Positions 50,270-60,200 of a stretch of 64,000 nt of DNA are shown piece after piece (position 1 is the first letter of the stretch; each line of letters begins with the position of its first letter). The notes below the pieces were generated by a model, which saw nothing but the letters and a program-made list of their open reading frames with translations, had not been told where the DNA came from and ran no database searches. The position numbers and the translations under genes are program-made. Origin of the DNA: Planctomycetota bacterium (GTDB lineage Bacteria; Planctomycetota; UBA11346); the NCBI GenBank assembly GCA_038231435.1, contig JBBRLJ010000026.1, positions 22,565-86,564 on the forward strand. Reading direction: 5' to 3'.

Positions 50270-51349
50270 ATGATGCGCCCACCCGCCAATCCCGCCGCCA
50301 GCCGCGAGGCCAGGGGCCTGCTCGCCTTCCTGCATGCGATCTCGGGGCGCTTCACGATCGCTGGCCAGCACGACTTCCTCGGCAGCGGCGCGGCCTTCCA
50401 GCGCCAGGTCGCCGCCGTGTCCGGACGCTCGCCCTTGCTGTGGGGCTCTGACCTCAGCTTCGCCTGCACCGGCGAGGACGCCAACCGCTACCAGCACTGC
50501 GGGCCAGGCAATCTCAGCATCCCCGGCGAGCCGTTCCGCGTGCTCGACATCGACCTCGATCCCCTGCGCCGCCAGCTGGTGGACGAGGCCATCGCCCAGC
50601 ACCGCTCCGGTCGCGTCGTCACCCTGATGTGGCACCACCTGTTCCCTTCCGAATCCGATGCCGGACCGGGTCGGAACCTGTGGATGATGCAGCGTCGGCC
50701 CGAGCGCTCGACCTGGCGCGAGCTGACCACGCCGGGCACGCGCATGCACCGGCTCTGGCGCGAGCAGATCGAGCGCTGCGTCGTGCCCCACCTCGCGCGC
50801 CTGCGCGAAGCTCGCGTGCCGGTGCTGTGGCGGCCGTACCACGAGATGAACGGCATCTGGTTCTGGTGGTGCGGCCAGGCCGGCCCGGGCGGCATCGCAG
50901 CGCTGTGGCGCCAGATGTACGAGCTGCTGACCCTCCGCCACGGTCTCGACAACCTGCTGTGGGTGTGGAACGCCAACGCGCCGCGCGCCATCCCCGGTGA
51001 TGAAGCCTTCGACTACGCGTCATACTATCCTGGCGGCGATGTCGTCGACGTGCTCGCTTCGGACGTCTATCACGACGACTGGCGCCAGAGCCACCACGAT
51101 CTGCTGCTCGAGCTCGCCGACGGGCGCCCGCTGGCGATCGGCGAGTGCGGGCAGGCGCCGACCCCCGCGATCCTCGCCGAGCAGGCGCGCTGGACCTGGT
51201 TCATGCCCTGGGGGAACCTCGGCCTGAAGCTGAATCCTCCCGAGAAACTCCGCGCGCTCTACGCCGATCCGCGCGTGCTCTGCCACGGCGACGTCGGCCG
51301 CGATGGGCTCGGCGCCTGGTGGCTGGCGAAGACCATTCCTAGCGCGTAG
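50270..51349 (+). CDS. GH26 glycoside hydrolase (beta-mannanase family)
   Basis: PANPAAS, GQH, TLMWH, WRPYHEMNGIWFWW, YYPG...VD, LAIGECG, WFMPW. No signal peptide. Confidence 0.93.
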   Translation: MMRPPANPAASREARGLLAFLHAISGRFTIAGQHDFLGSGAAFQRQVAAVSGRSPLLWGSDLSFACTGEDANRYQHCGPGNLSIPGEPFRVLDIDLDPLRRQLVDEAIAQHRSGRVVTLMWHHLFPSESDAGPGRNLWMMQRRPERSTWRELTTPGTRMHRLWREQIERCVVPHLARLREARVPVLWRPYHEMNGIWFWWCGQAGPGGIAALWRQMYELLTLRHGLDNLLWVWNANAPRAIPGDEAFDYASYYPGGDVVDVLASDVYHDDWRQSHHDLLLELADGRPLAIGECGQAPTPAILAEQARWTWFMPWGNLGLKLNPPEKLRALYADPRVLCHGDVGRDGLGAWWLAKTIPSA

Positions 51350-51382
51350 CCCGGAGCAGCGACTCGGCCTTCCTAGCTGAGA

Positions 51383-51427
51383 TCCGCTGACGTCAGCGGA
51401 CATCAGCGGACATCAGCGGACATCAGC
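51383..51427. repeat. 18-bp palindrome followed by 10-bp tandem repeats between convergent genes
   Basis: TCCGCTGACGTCAGCGGA then CATCAGCGGA x2 + CATCAGC. Confidence 0.7.
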
Positions 51428-51429
51428 CG

Positions 51430-52296
51430 TCAGCTGCCGAAAGCCAGGCGCTGCTCGTCGCGGTACCGGCGTGGCGACATCCCGTAGCGGCGGGAGAATT
51501 CGCGGCTGAAGTGGAAGGGATTGGCGAATCCGGTGCGTTCGGCCACCAGCGCCAGCGGATCGATGGTGGTGAGGATCTCGCGCGCCGCGGCGGCTAGGCG
51601 CAGCTCCTTGAGATGCGCCATCGGCGACACGCCGAGGTGCTCCTGGAACAGCGCGTGCAGCCGGCTGCGCGACAACCCGGCGGAACGCGCGATGTCGTCG
51701 ATGGCCAACGGCTCGCGCAGATGCTCGCGCAGCCATGAGGTGAGCGGCCCCATGCGCGCGGCGGCGGCGAGCAGGGCCGTGGCGCGCGGATTCCTCGCCG
51801 CGCTCCCGAGCGCGAGCCCCAGTACGCGATAGGCGAGTCCGATCCGCGCGATGCGCCGGTCGAGGCCGTCGTTACCATCACCGCTACCGTCGGCCGAGGC
51901 ATGCATCGATGCATCCCTCGAGGAATGCTCGACCAGCTCGCCGAGCATCTCGCCGATCCTGCTGGCGGATGTTCCGGCGATGCGATGCGGCGTGAGGTAG
52001 AGGGCGCAGGGATCGAGCGCGGCGCGCCACACCGCCTGCACGTGCAACCAACGCGCGGTCATGCGTCCGCCCGGCGTAGCGTGGTGGGCGAAAGCCACCG
52101 GCGTGTCGGCCGCCACCAGCGCCACCTGGTGGCGATGGATGGTGACCGCGCCTTCGGGGCCGGTGACCACGTACGATCCCTCGGTGGCCTGAACGATGAT
52201 CGCGAAGGGAATGCATTTGCGGTGGACGTAGCCGTCCTGCATCGCCCCGGAGCCGACCTCCATGCCGGTGACGCGGATGTCGTCCAGATCGCTCAT
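51430..52296 (-). CDS. AraC family transcriptional regulator
   Basis: IARSAGLSRSRLHALFQEHLGVSP; VAERTGFANPFHFSREFSRRYGMSP. Confidence 0.92.
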   Translation of the reverse strand: MSDLDDIRVTGMEVGSGAMQDGYVHRKCIPFAIIVQATEGSYVVTGPEGAVTIHRHQVALVAADTPVAFAHHATPGGRMTARWLHVQAVWRAALDPCALYLTPHRIAGTSASRIGEMLGELVEHSSRDASMHASADGSGDGNDGLDRRIARIGLAYRVLGLALGSAARNPRATALLAAAARMGPLTSWLREHLREPLAIDDIARSAGLSRSRLHALFQEHLGVSPMAHLKELRLAAAAREILTTIDPLALVAERTGFANPFHFSREFSRRYGMSPRRYRDEQRLAFGS

Positions 52297-52441
52297 CGCC
52301 GCCGCTCCCCCGCTGGCCGTGACCATCCCCCACCCCCTCATGAGGCAGAACAGGACTCAGGGATATGTAGATGCTATCCCTGGCCATTCCAATCGCCACG
52401 TGGATTCGCCATGATCCACGCCACCAGGGAGACACGAGGAC

Positions 52442-54091
52442 ATGAGCAATACAGCGCCATCGAGCAACCGTCCGACCGCCCAGGGCGAGACGCGCACCCT
52501 CGTCCTGATCGCCGGGCCCAAGAGCCATGGCCCCGAGGGCAACGGCGCGCACGACTACCCGTGGGATGCGCGCGTGGCCGCGGCGATGCTCCTCGCCTCG
52601 AACGTCGCCGATCGGCTGCGCGTGCGCGTCATCATCGATGGCTGGCCTGCGGACGAGAGCGAACTTTCCGACGCCGACGGCATCGTGCTGTTCTGCGACG
52701 GCCGCGATGGCGAGCACTTCAGCGAAGCGCTCCACCTCGCCAATGCCGAGCGCATCGCCTCAGTCGAGCGCTTGATGAAGCGCGGCTGCGGCCTGGCGGT
52801 CATCCACTTCGGCACCTTCGCGGGCGAGGCCGATGGCGAGCGCGCGCTGCGCTGGTGCGGCGGCTACTTCCAATGGCAGGGCGATGATGGCGCCCGCGCG
52901 TGGCGATCGGCCATCACCACCCTCGAGGCGCCGGTGGTGCCGGCCACGCCCGGGCATCCCGCGCTGCGCGGCATCGATCCGTCGGGATTCCGCCTGCGCG
53001 AGGAATTCTATCACGATCTGCGCTTCCCCAACGCCGCCGATAGTGCGTGGACTCCGCTGCTCGCGGTACCGGCGCTGCCGGCGAAGCGCGAGCGCGGAAC
53101 CGTGGTCGCGTGGGCGTGCGAACGCGCGGATGGTGGCCGTGGCTTCGGCACCACCCTCGGACATTTCCACTCCAACTGGAACCTGGCCGCCTATCGCACC
53201 GTGCTGCTCAATGGCATCGCGTGGTCGGCGGGCGTCGAGATCCCGGAGCGGGGCGTGCAGGCGCCGCACCTGAGCCGCGACGAAGCCTCGGCGATCCTGG
53301 CCGGGCGCGCTCGCGACGACCAACGGCTGCGCGTGCTGCTGCTCGCCGGCAACGACGCCCACCGCTGGCACAACTGGGAGCGCTCGACGCCGGCCATCCG
53401 CGCGGCGCTCGAGGTCGATCCGCGCGTTCGCGTGGATGTGATCACCGATCCGGAAGAGCTCGGACGCCGCCGCCTCGCCGATTACGCGGTCGTCGCGTTG
53501 AATTATTGCAACTGGAAGGATCCGCAGGGCCTGGGCGACGCGGCGAAGGCGGCTTTCACGTCGTTCATCGCCAACGGCGGCGGATTGCTGGTGCTGCATT
53601 TCTCCAACGGCGCCTTCCATTGCTCGTTGCCCGAGGCGGCCGCGAGCGATTGGCCGGAATACCGCCGCCTGGTGCGGCGGGTGTGGGACCACACGCCGGT
53701 GGCGGACGGCGACAGCACGCACGACCACTACCGGGAATTCCTGGCCAGGCCGGTCGGCGACCATGCGATCAGCGAGGGCCTCGCGGCGTTCGCGGTTGAG
53801 GACGAGCTCTACGTCAGGCAGCGGGGCGATGAGCCGATCGCGCCGATCCTCGTCGCGCACTCGCTGGTGACCGGCAAGGACGAACCACTCGCCTGGACGT
53901 ACCGCTACGGTCGCGGCCGGGTCTTCCAGACCCTGCTCGGCCACAACGAGCGCACCTACGAGGCGTTCGGCGCGCGAGAGATGCTGCGCCGCGCCGCAGC
54001 CTGGGTCGCCGGACGCGAGGTGCGCAAGCTGGATCCCGCCTCCGAGGCTCGGCCTCACATGGCGCTCGCCACCGCCAGCACGCGCGGCTGA
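52442..54091 (+). CDS. Tandem ThuA-like domain protein
   Basis: LIAGPKSHG....HDY...REEFY...GRGFGTTLGH; second unit LLAG...HNW...EDELY...GRVFQTLLGH. Confidence 0.88.
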   Translation: MSNTAPSSNRPTAQGETRTLVLIAGPKSHGPEGNGAHDYPWDARVAAAMLLASNVADRLRVRVIIDGWPADESELSDADGIVLFCDGRDGEHFSEALHLANAERIASVERLMKRGCGLAVIHFGTFAGEADGERALRWCGGYFQWQGDDGARAWRSAITTLEAPVVPATPGHPALRGIDPSGFRLREEFYHDLRFPNAADSAWTPLLAVPALPAKRERGTVVAWACERADGGRGFGTTLGHFHSNWNLAAYRTVLLNGIAWSAGVEIPERGVQAPHLSRDEASAILAGRARDDQRLRVLLLAGNDAHRWHNWERSTPAIRAALEVDPRVRVDVITDPEELGRRRLADYAVVALNYCNWKDPQGLGDAAKAAFTSFIANGGGLLVLHFSNGAFHCSLPEAAASDWPEYRRLVRRVWDHTPVADGDSTHDHYREFLARPVGDHAISEGLAAFAVEDELYVRQRGDEPIAPILVAHSLVTGKDEPLAWTYRYGRGRVFQTLLGHNERTYEAFGAREMLRRAAAWVAGREVRKLDPASEARPHMALATASTRG

Positions 54092-54145
54092 ATCTCCGCT
54101 TCGACTCCCCTCATGCTCGTCGCTACCCCAACCCGAGATAATCCC

Positions 54146-55183
54146 ATGACCACCACCGCCTCCCCTGCCCGCAGCCAGGCCGCCGCTACCACCACGATCC
54201 CGACTTCGATGCAGGCGATCGCCTTCGTCGCGAAGGAACGCGCCGAGCTCGTCGACTGGGCGTTCGATCCCTCTCCCTTGACGGCGGGGGAGATCTCCGG
54301 ACGCACGCTGTCGACCCTCGCCAGCCCGGGCACCGAGCTCAACGGCTACATCGCCGAGCGCACCCAGCCCAGCCTGTCGGGATACGCGGCGGTGTTCGAG
54401 ATCGACCGGGTCGGCGCCGAGGCCCGGGACCGATCGGGGAATTTCAACGTCGGCGATCGGGTGTTCTGCATGGGCGCCCACGCCTCGCGCCAGCGCTGCC
54501 TCGCAAACGACGCGGTGCGCGTCCCCACGGGCATGGATCCGGCCGTGGCGGTGTTCTGTCGCCTGATGGGCGTCAGCTGGTCGACCCTGGTCACCACCAC
54601 CGCGCGCCCACCCGACCGCGTGCTGATCACTGGCCTCGGCCCGGTCGGCAACCTGGCCGCGCAGATCTTCACCGCCGCAGGCTACGAGGTGACCGCCGTC
54701 GATCCGGTGGCGGGCCGCCGCGTGTTGGCCCAGTCGCTCGGTCTCGCGGACGTGCGTGAATCCGTGCCGGCGGATCAGGCCGCCCTGGGCGGAGCGATCC
54801 AGCTGGCGGTGGAGTGCTCCGGGCATGAACGCGCCGTCATCGACTGCTGCAAGGTGGCGGCCAAGCGCGGCGAGGTGGTGCTGGTCGGAGTACCCTGGAA
54901 GAAGCGCTGCGATGCGAGCGCCTTCGACGTCCTACACGCGGTGTTCCACCGCTACGTGGTGCTGCGCAGCGGCTGGGAATGGGAAGTGCCCAGGCATGCC
55001 CGCGACTTCACCGTCGGCAGCATCCAGGGCGACCTCGCCGGCGCCCTGCGCTGGCTGAAGGAAGGCAGGGTGAAAGTTGAAGGCCTCGCGTCGCGCGTGC
55101 AGCCCGCACAGGCGCAGGAGGTCTGGCAGGATCTGTTGAACCAGCGCGGCGCGCCGACTGCGGTATTCGATTGGGCGGGCTGA
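54146..55183 (+). CDS. MDR-family (zinc-binding alcohol dehydrogenase-like) oxidoreductase
   Basis: SPGTEL, GY, VGDRVF, ITGLGPVGNLAAQ, VECSG. Confidence 0.88.
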   Translation: MTTTASPARSQAAATTTIPTSMQAIAFVAKERAELVDWAFDPSPLTAGEISGRTLSTLASPGTELNGYIAERTQPSLSGYAAVFEIDRVGAEARDRSGNFNVGDRVFCMGAHASRQRCLANDAVRVPTGMDPAVAVFCRLMGVSWSTLVTTTARPPDRVLITGLGPVGNLAAQIFTAAGYEVTAVDPVAGRRVLAQSLGLADVRESVPADQAALGGAIQLAVECSGHERAVIDCCKVAAKRGEVVLVGVPWKKRCDASAFDVLHAVFHRYVVLRSGWEWEVPRHARDFTVGSIQGDLAGALRWLKEGRVKVEGLASRVQPAQAQEVWQDLLNQRGAPTAVFDWAG

Positions 55184-55490
55184 GATCCAGGAGATGCGCG
55201 GGGAGTGCTGCGACGACCTCCCCGCCTAATTCCTGGCTATCGGATCCTCGAGCTTTCCAGCTTCCACCTTCGTGCCTCTGGCTCTGTCAGTCCCTGTGAG
55301 CGAAGGGAAAAGGTGGAGCAGGCGCACAGGCTGAGTTCGCGGCCGCACGCGAGGACCGCGGAGTACCATCACCCGCGGCGACGTAAGCCCTAACTGGCAT
55401 CACATGATTGTCAACACGAGCAGCGCTGCTAGCCTGGTCGAGGCGAGCGAGCAGCGCGGTGCGGTTCGCTCACGCCTCGGATCCCACGCC

Positions 55491-56438
55491 ATGAGCATCA
55501 ACCGGCTGCACCTGCACGACATGGTCGATGGGCTGATCAAGCTCAGCGGCTGGAGCACGCAGGAGGCCGCGGTGCGTGCGGGCATCAGTCCCGGCGCGGT
55601 GGCCTCGCTGCGCACCCATACGCCGACCCAAGTGGTGACCTGGTGCCGCATGGTCAGCGCGCTCGGCGGCGCGCTGATGATCGAGTGCCAAGGCAGTTCG
55701 TGGGCGATCGACGCGGCGCGGCCCGCCCCGCAGCTCATCGACCGCGAGTGGCGGACCTGGCGCCAGCGACGCATGGTGAGCGCATTGCACACGCTCGCCG
55801 ACCAACGCCTCAAGCGCACCGAACGCGAAGCCAAGGCGAAGCAGTACATCGTCAACGAAGAGGGCCGCCTGCGCGAGCGCATGGCCGACCTGCGCTCGAG
55901 GACCAAGGCCATCGGCGGCCGGCATCGCGCAGCCAGCCTGCGCCAAGCGGTCAGGCAGCTCGCCGAGAAGCTCGAGGCGAAGGCCGAGGAACTGTCATTG
56001 CTCGCCGGCGTGAACCTCGGGGCCGCGCAGGTGGCGCTCGGAGACGACGGCGATGGGCGACTGGTGACGCTGCATCGCCTCCTGTCGGTCATGAACGCGC
56101 GCTTCAGGATCGACCTGGGTCCACGCGGCGCGATCGAACTCGCCCCCTGCGCTCCCGGTCCATGGCGCCTGGGCGATCGCGAGGAGGACGAGATCGCCAC
56201 CGTGCGCAACACCAAGGCCGCCCCCCAGCCCATCTCGAATCGCAGCAGCCTGGAATCCGGCGAGATCCTCAGGCTCTACGACTCTGGCGCCTCCATCGGC
56301 GACATCGCGCGCAAGGCGGGCATCAGCCGGCAACGAGTGCACAAGATCGCCATGGACAACGGCCGTACCCCGCGCCGGCTCGCGGCCAAGGAGAGGCGCA
56401 TCAGTGAAGGCCAAGATCTGCTCGGTTCCTGGCACTGA
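55491..56438 (+). CDS. Protein with two XRE-like HTH domains and a C-terminal HTH
   Basis: STQEAAVRAGISPGAV; AEELSLLAGVNLGAA; ILRLYDSGASIGDIARKAGISRQRVHKI. Start uncertain. Confidence 0.75.
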   Translation: MSINRLHLHDMVDGLIKLSGWSTQEAAVRAGISPGAVASLRTHTPTQVVTWCRMVSALGGALMIECQGSSWAIDAARPAPQLIDREWRTWRQRRMVSALHTLADQRLKRTEREAKAKQYIVNEEGRLRERMADLRSRTKAIGGRHRAASLRQAVRQLAEKLEAKAEELSLLAGVNLGAAQVALGDDGDGRLVTLHRLLSVMNARFRIDLGPRGAIELAPCAPGPWRLGDREEDEIATVRNTKAAPQPISNRSSLESGEILRLYDSGASIGDIARKAGISRQRVHKIAMDNGRTPRRLAAKERRISEGQDLLGSWH

Positions 56439-56461
56439 TCAGCGCTGATCCCGCCACCCCT

Positions 56462-56980
56462 TCATGAGGTGCACGACCGCTCGTGTGCGACGCTCAGCCG
56501 AGATCCGCTGAGGTACCCCACCAGGCTGCGCGCAAACGCGACGTAGCCGTCGAACAGCGCCGGCTTGACCTTGTAGGCGCTGGCGCCCAGGTGCAGGCAC
56601 GATTCCATCTCATGCTCGGATTCCGATGAAGTGAGGACCACGATCGGCACGTCGCGCCATCGGCTGCCGTCACGGATCCTGGTGAGGAGCTCGCGGCCGC
56701 TGACGCGCGGCAGATTCAGATCGAGCACCACCAAGTCCGGGATCCGCTCGAGCGTGGACATCAGCGTGAACGCCCGCGGCGCATCCTCGGCTACATGCAG
56801 GCTGGCGCGCAGACCCGCTTCCTCCAAGGCCGTGCGCATGAGCTCGACGTCTCCCGGGTTGTCCTCGATCAGAATCAGATCCGCGACGGGCGGAGTTTCT
56901 TCATCATTATCATTCCGGCGATTGGCGTGGGAGCGGGCCCAGCTCCTGCCACTCGGTCCACTCGGTCGCGTTGCCAGCAT
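56462..56980 (-). CDS. Single-domain response regulator
   Basis: LIEDNPGD, PDLVVLDLNLPRVSG, PIVVLTSS, YKVKP. Start uncertain; nearest in-frame ATG is 56980. Confidence 0.85.
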   Translation of the reverse strand: MLATRPSGPSGRSWARSHANRRNDNDEETPPVADLILIEDNPGDVELMRTALEEAGLRASLHVAEDAPRAFTLMSTLERIPDLVVLDLNLPRVSGRELLTRIRDGSRWRDVPIVVLTSSESEHEMESCLHLGASAYKVKPALFDGYVAFARSLVGYLSGSRLSVAHERSCTS

Positions 56981-57206
56981 GTCGCCTCCGTCCCGCACGT
57001 TACAACCGCACGCGCACAGTACCTGCAACCTTGTTGCGGACCGCATCCCGGGATGCGATCACGCACGCCGACATCGGACCCCAAGGATCACAGTATACCG
57101 AGGCATGCGCATCCTCGCACTGCCGGGTCGATGGAACCTTGCACAGGAATCGTTAAGGAGGCGATCCTGGGCAACGCCGGCATTCGACCGTGCTGCCTCG
57201 CCGCGC

Positions 57207-60200
57207 TCACCGCCTCGCTGCGCTGAGCGAATCGATGCGCCATTCCACGAAGAGGTCAAGAGCCGGGAAGATGGAGAGACGTCGTTTCCAGATCGGTAGG
57301 GCCGCGAACGCCTGGTACCCGCCGAGCGCCTCCACCGCGTGCCCCGTGCGATCCGCCATGAAGGCCTTGAGGAATAGCATGCGCCCGGACGCCAAGCGGC
57401 GCTCAGGCTGGGCCAGGAACCGCTCCTCGCTGATGCTGCCCCGTAAGAATCCAGCGAGATACCACGATTGCTGGGCGTCGGACCAACGTTCGGCGGCGAT
57501 CACGTCATCGCAGGCCTTCTCATACGCAGGCTGGTCCAATGTCCCCAGCGCGAAGGGTGCCAGGAATCGGCCGAAGAGGATCTCGTCGAGTCCCGCGTGC
57601 TCGTTTACCTTGACGTCGAACCAGCCGCGCGCACCGGCGATATCTCCCGAGATCGCGCAACGCAATCCGAGCAAGTTGCGCGCCTGGACATCGGCAGACT
57701 CACCCGGTTCGCTGGCGCCCAACGCCCCCAGCGCGTCACCAGCGGCGAGGAGCCCGATCGAGCGACCGATTCTGCCCGCGAGGAGGGCGCCTTCGCTCGC
57801 GCGTCCGGCGGCGCACAGGGCTTCAGCGCGCATGTATGGATCTGGAGCGATCGCGATCGCCTCGTCGAAGCGGCCGAGGGTGCGGTACGCTTCGAACTTT
57901 CCCCAGGAGTCGATCCCTGGAATCGCCAGCGCCTCCTCGGCCCGCCCGCGCAGCACCAATGTGAGGGCATAGAGCGCCGGGTCGATGTACCGATCGATCA
58001 AGTCGAATTCTCCAGTGAGGAAGCAGGCGTTGTTGTAGGCGCTGAGCTGGTCCGCGTAGCGTTCGATGACCTCATGGGGGCGGTCGAGCCGGGTGAGGGC
58101 CCACGCGCACTGCATGCGCTGGCGCGGATGGCGCTCGAGCACCTCGGTGAAGCGGTCGAGGTTGATGAGGGCCTCGGCCGCATTCACCTCGACATCGTCC
58201 TGGTCGGGAAAATACCGGTCGTGCGCCGCGACATAGCTCTCGAGGCAGCTGTCGTCTCCGAGCCTGTGCAGCACGTCGACATAGCGTCCCCATTGGCGTG
58301 CCACCAGCTTGCGGATCGCCGGAGTCGAGGATGCGTATAAATCGACCAGCGCCGTGAGCGCGCGCGGATGATCGCCAAAGATGAAGCGTCGATCGATCGC
58401 GTGCAGCGTCACCTGTGGAGCGAAGGCCGTCCCGGCGAGCGCGGCCCAGGCCGACTCGGCCTCGTCGTAGCGTTTCTGCTGCCAGCGGCACAGCCCCTGC
58501 TTGTAGAGCGCCTCATCGCCGATGGTGGTGTGGGGATGCGATTCCGCGACCTTGCGGTACTGATCGAAGGCCGGCTCGGTCTGCTTGAGGCGGACCAGCG
58601 TGTCGCCGATGGCTGTGGCCGGTACCTTCTGCGCCATGCCACGGCTGTAGATCCGGACGTTGTCGAAGGCCTTGCCGGCGTAATGCCCGTAGAGCGCGAC
58701 ATAGCCGCCATCGAGGCGCATCGAGTCGGTCGACTCGCAGAGCTTGCGGCCGTCGACCCACAGCGTGATGGCGTAATCGTCCATCTCGACACGGACGTGG
58801 TAGCGCGTGCCGACGGCAGGACGGAAGGGATTGAACGACAGGATCGAGTAGTCGTCGGCGCGGAGGGCAGTGTAGGCTCCGTCGAAGCAACCGACCTGGA
58901 TCAGGCAGCGATCGATCAGCGGCCAGCCCTGTTCGCCGATGTCGCGCGCCCAGACCAACGAGATGTCGCACGGATGGGCTCCTGGCAGGATCTCGCCATC
59001 GTATTCCACCGCGGTCGGCCCCGACAGCTTGTGCGGCCAGACCACGATGTTCGCGTGGGTATCGGTGGAGACCAGCCGACCGGCCCGTTGCTCGAACCCG
59101 CCCTCGACCACGTGCCAGCGCTGTTTCCAGGAATCGTCGGTGAAATCCTCGGCCATCACCGGCTGGCCCCAGGTGGCGATCTCCTTGAGCTTCTCGCCAT
59201 AGATGGTGGCGCCGAGCGCGAGCACCACGGCAGCCACGGCCGCCGTGGCCCACAGCGCGCGCCAGTGGCGGCGATGCCAGCGCGACAACGCCTCCAACAG
59301 GCTGTCGCGGTGCGCGGACACGGCCAGACCCGACTGGTAACCGCGTAGATCGTCCCTCAGCTCGGACACCGTACGGTAGCGCGAGCCCGGCGCGGGCGCG
59401 AGCGCCTTGAGCGCGATGTCGAGCAGTTCGACGGGCGATGCTGCGCGTTCCTGTGCGCTGGGCGCCGTCATCTCGCCCGCGCGCTTCATGCGCCAGAACT
59501 CGTCGGCATCGTCCGACCAGGTGGGCGGGCGCAGGGTCAGCGCGTGGAAGAGCGTCGCCCCCAGGCAGTAGATGTCGCTGCGCGCGTCGACACCGTCGCG
59601 GCGCGCCTGCTCGGGACTCATGTACAGGGGCGTCCCGTACAATCGCGGCTGTTTGCCCGGCTCGAGGCGGACCGCGCTGCCCCAGTCGACGAGCAGCACC
59701 TCGCCATAGTCGCCGACCATGATGTTCGAAGGCTTGACGTCCTGGTGCACGATGCCGCGATCGTGGGCGTAGGCGAGCGCGTGGCAGACGCCCACGAAGA
59801 GGTTGACCAGCGCATTGACGTCGCCGAGCGTGGCGGCGCGTTGCTGGGCGGTCGATTCCTCGATCAGCGCACCGAGCGAACGGCCAGCGATCTTCTTCAT
59901 GCTGAAGTAGACCTGGCCTGCCTCATTGACATCGAGCTCGTGCACCGGCAGCACGTTCGGATGTTCGAGCGATGCGGTGATCTGCGCTTCGTCGACGAAA
60001 TGCGCGATCGCGTCGGGACCGGGCTGGCCGCCGCTGTCATCGAGGAACTTCACCGCCACCGCGCGCGCCAGGTTGCGATCGCGCACCGCGTAGACACGGC
60101 CAGTGGCCCCGACGCCGAGCACCCCCTCGACCTCGAACCGCGGCAGGGCCGGCTCGACAGCCCTGCCTCCGTGCGAACCCAGCCGCTCGATCAGGCTCGG

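Noticed and set aside
51383..51427. Possible CRISPR-like repeat
   Set aside because: Units are 10 bp with no spacers, and there are no cas genes.
47677..56450. Identical 14-bp palindrome GATCAGCGCTGATC at 47677-47690 and 56437-56450
   Set aside because: Only two copies, both overlapping TGA stop contexts. Short matches are expected in GC-rich DNA, so this is not enough to call a REP or operator.
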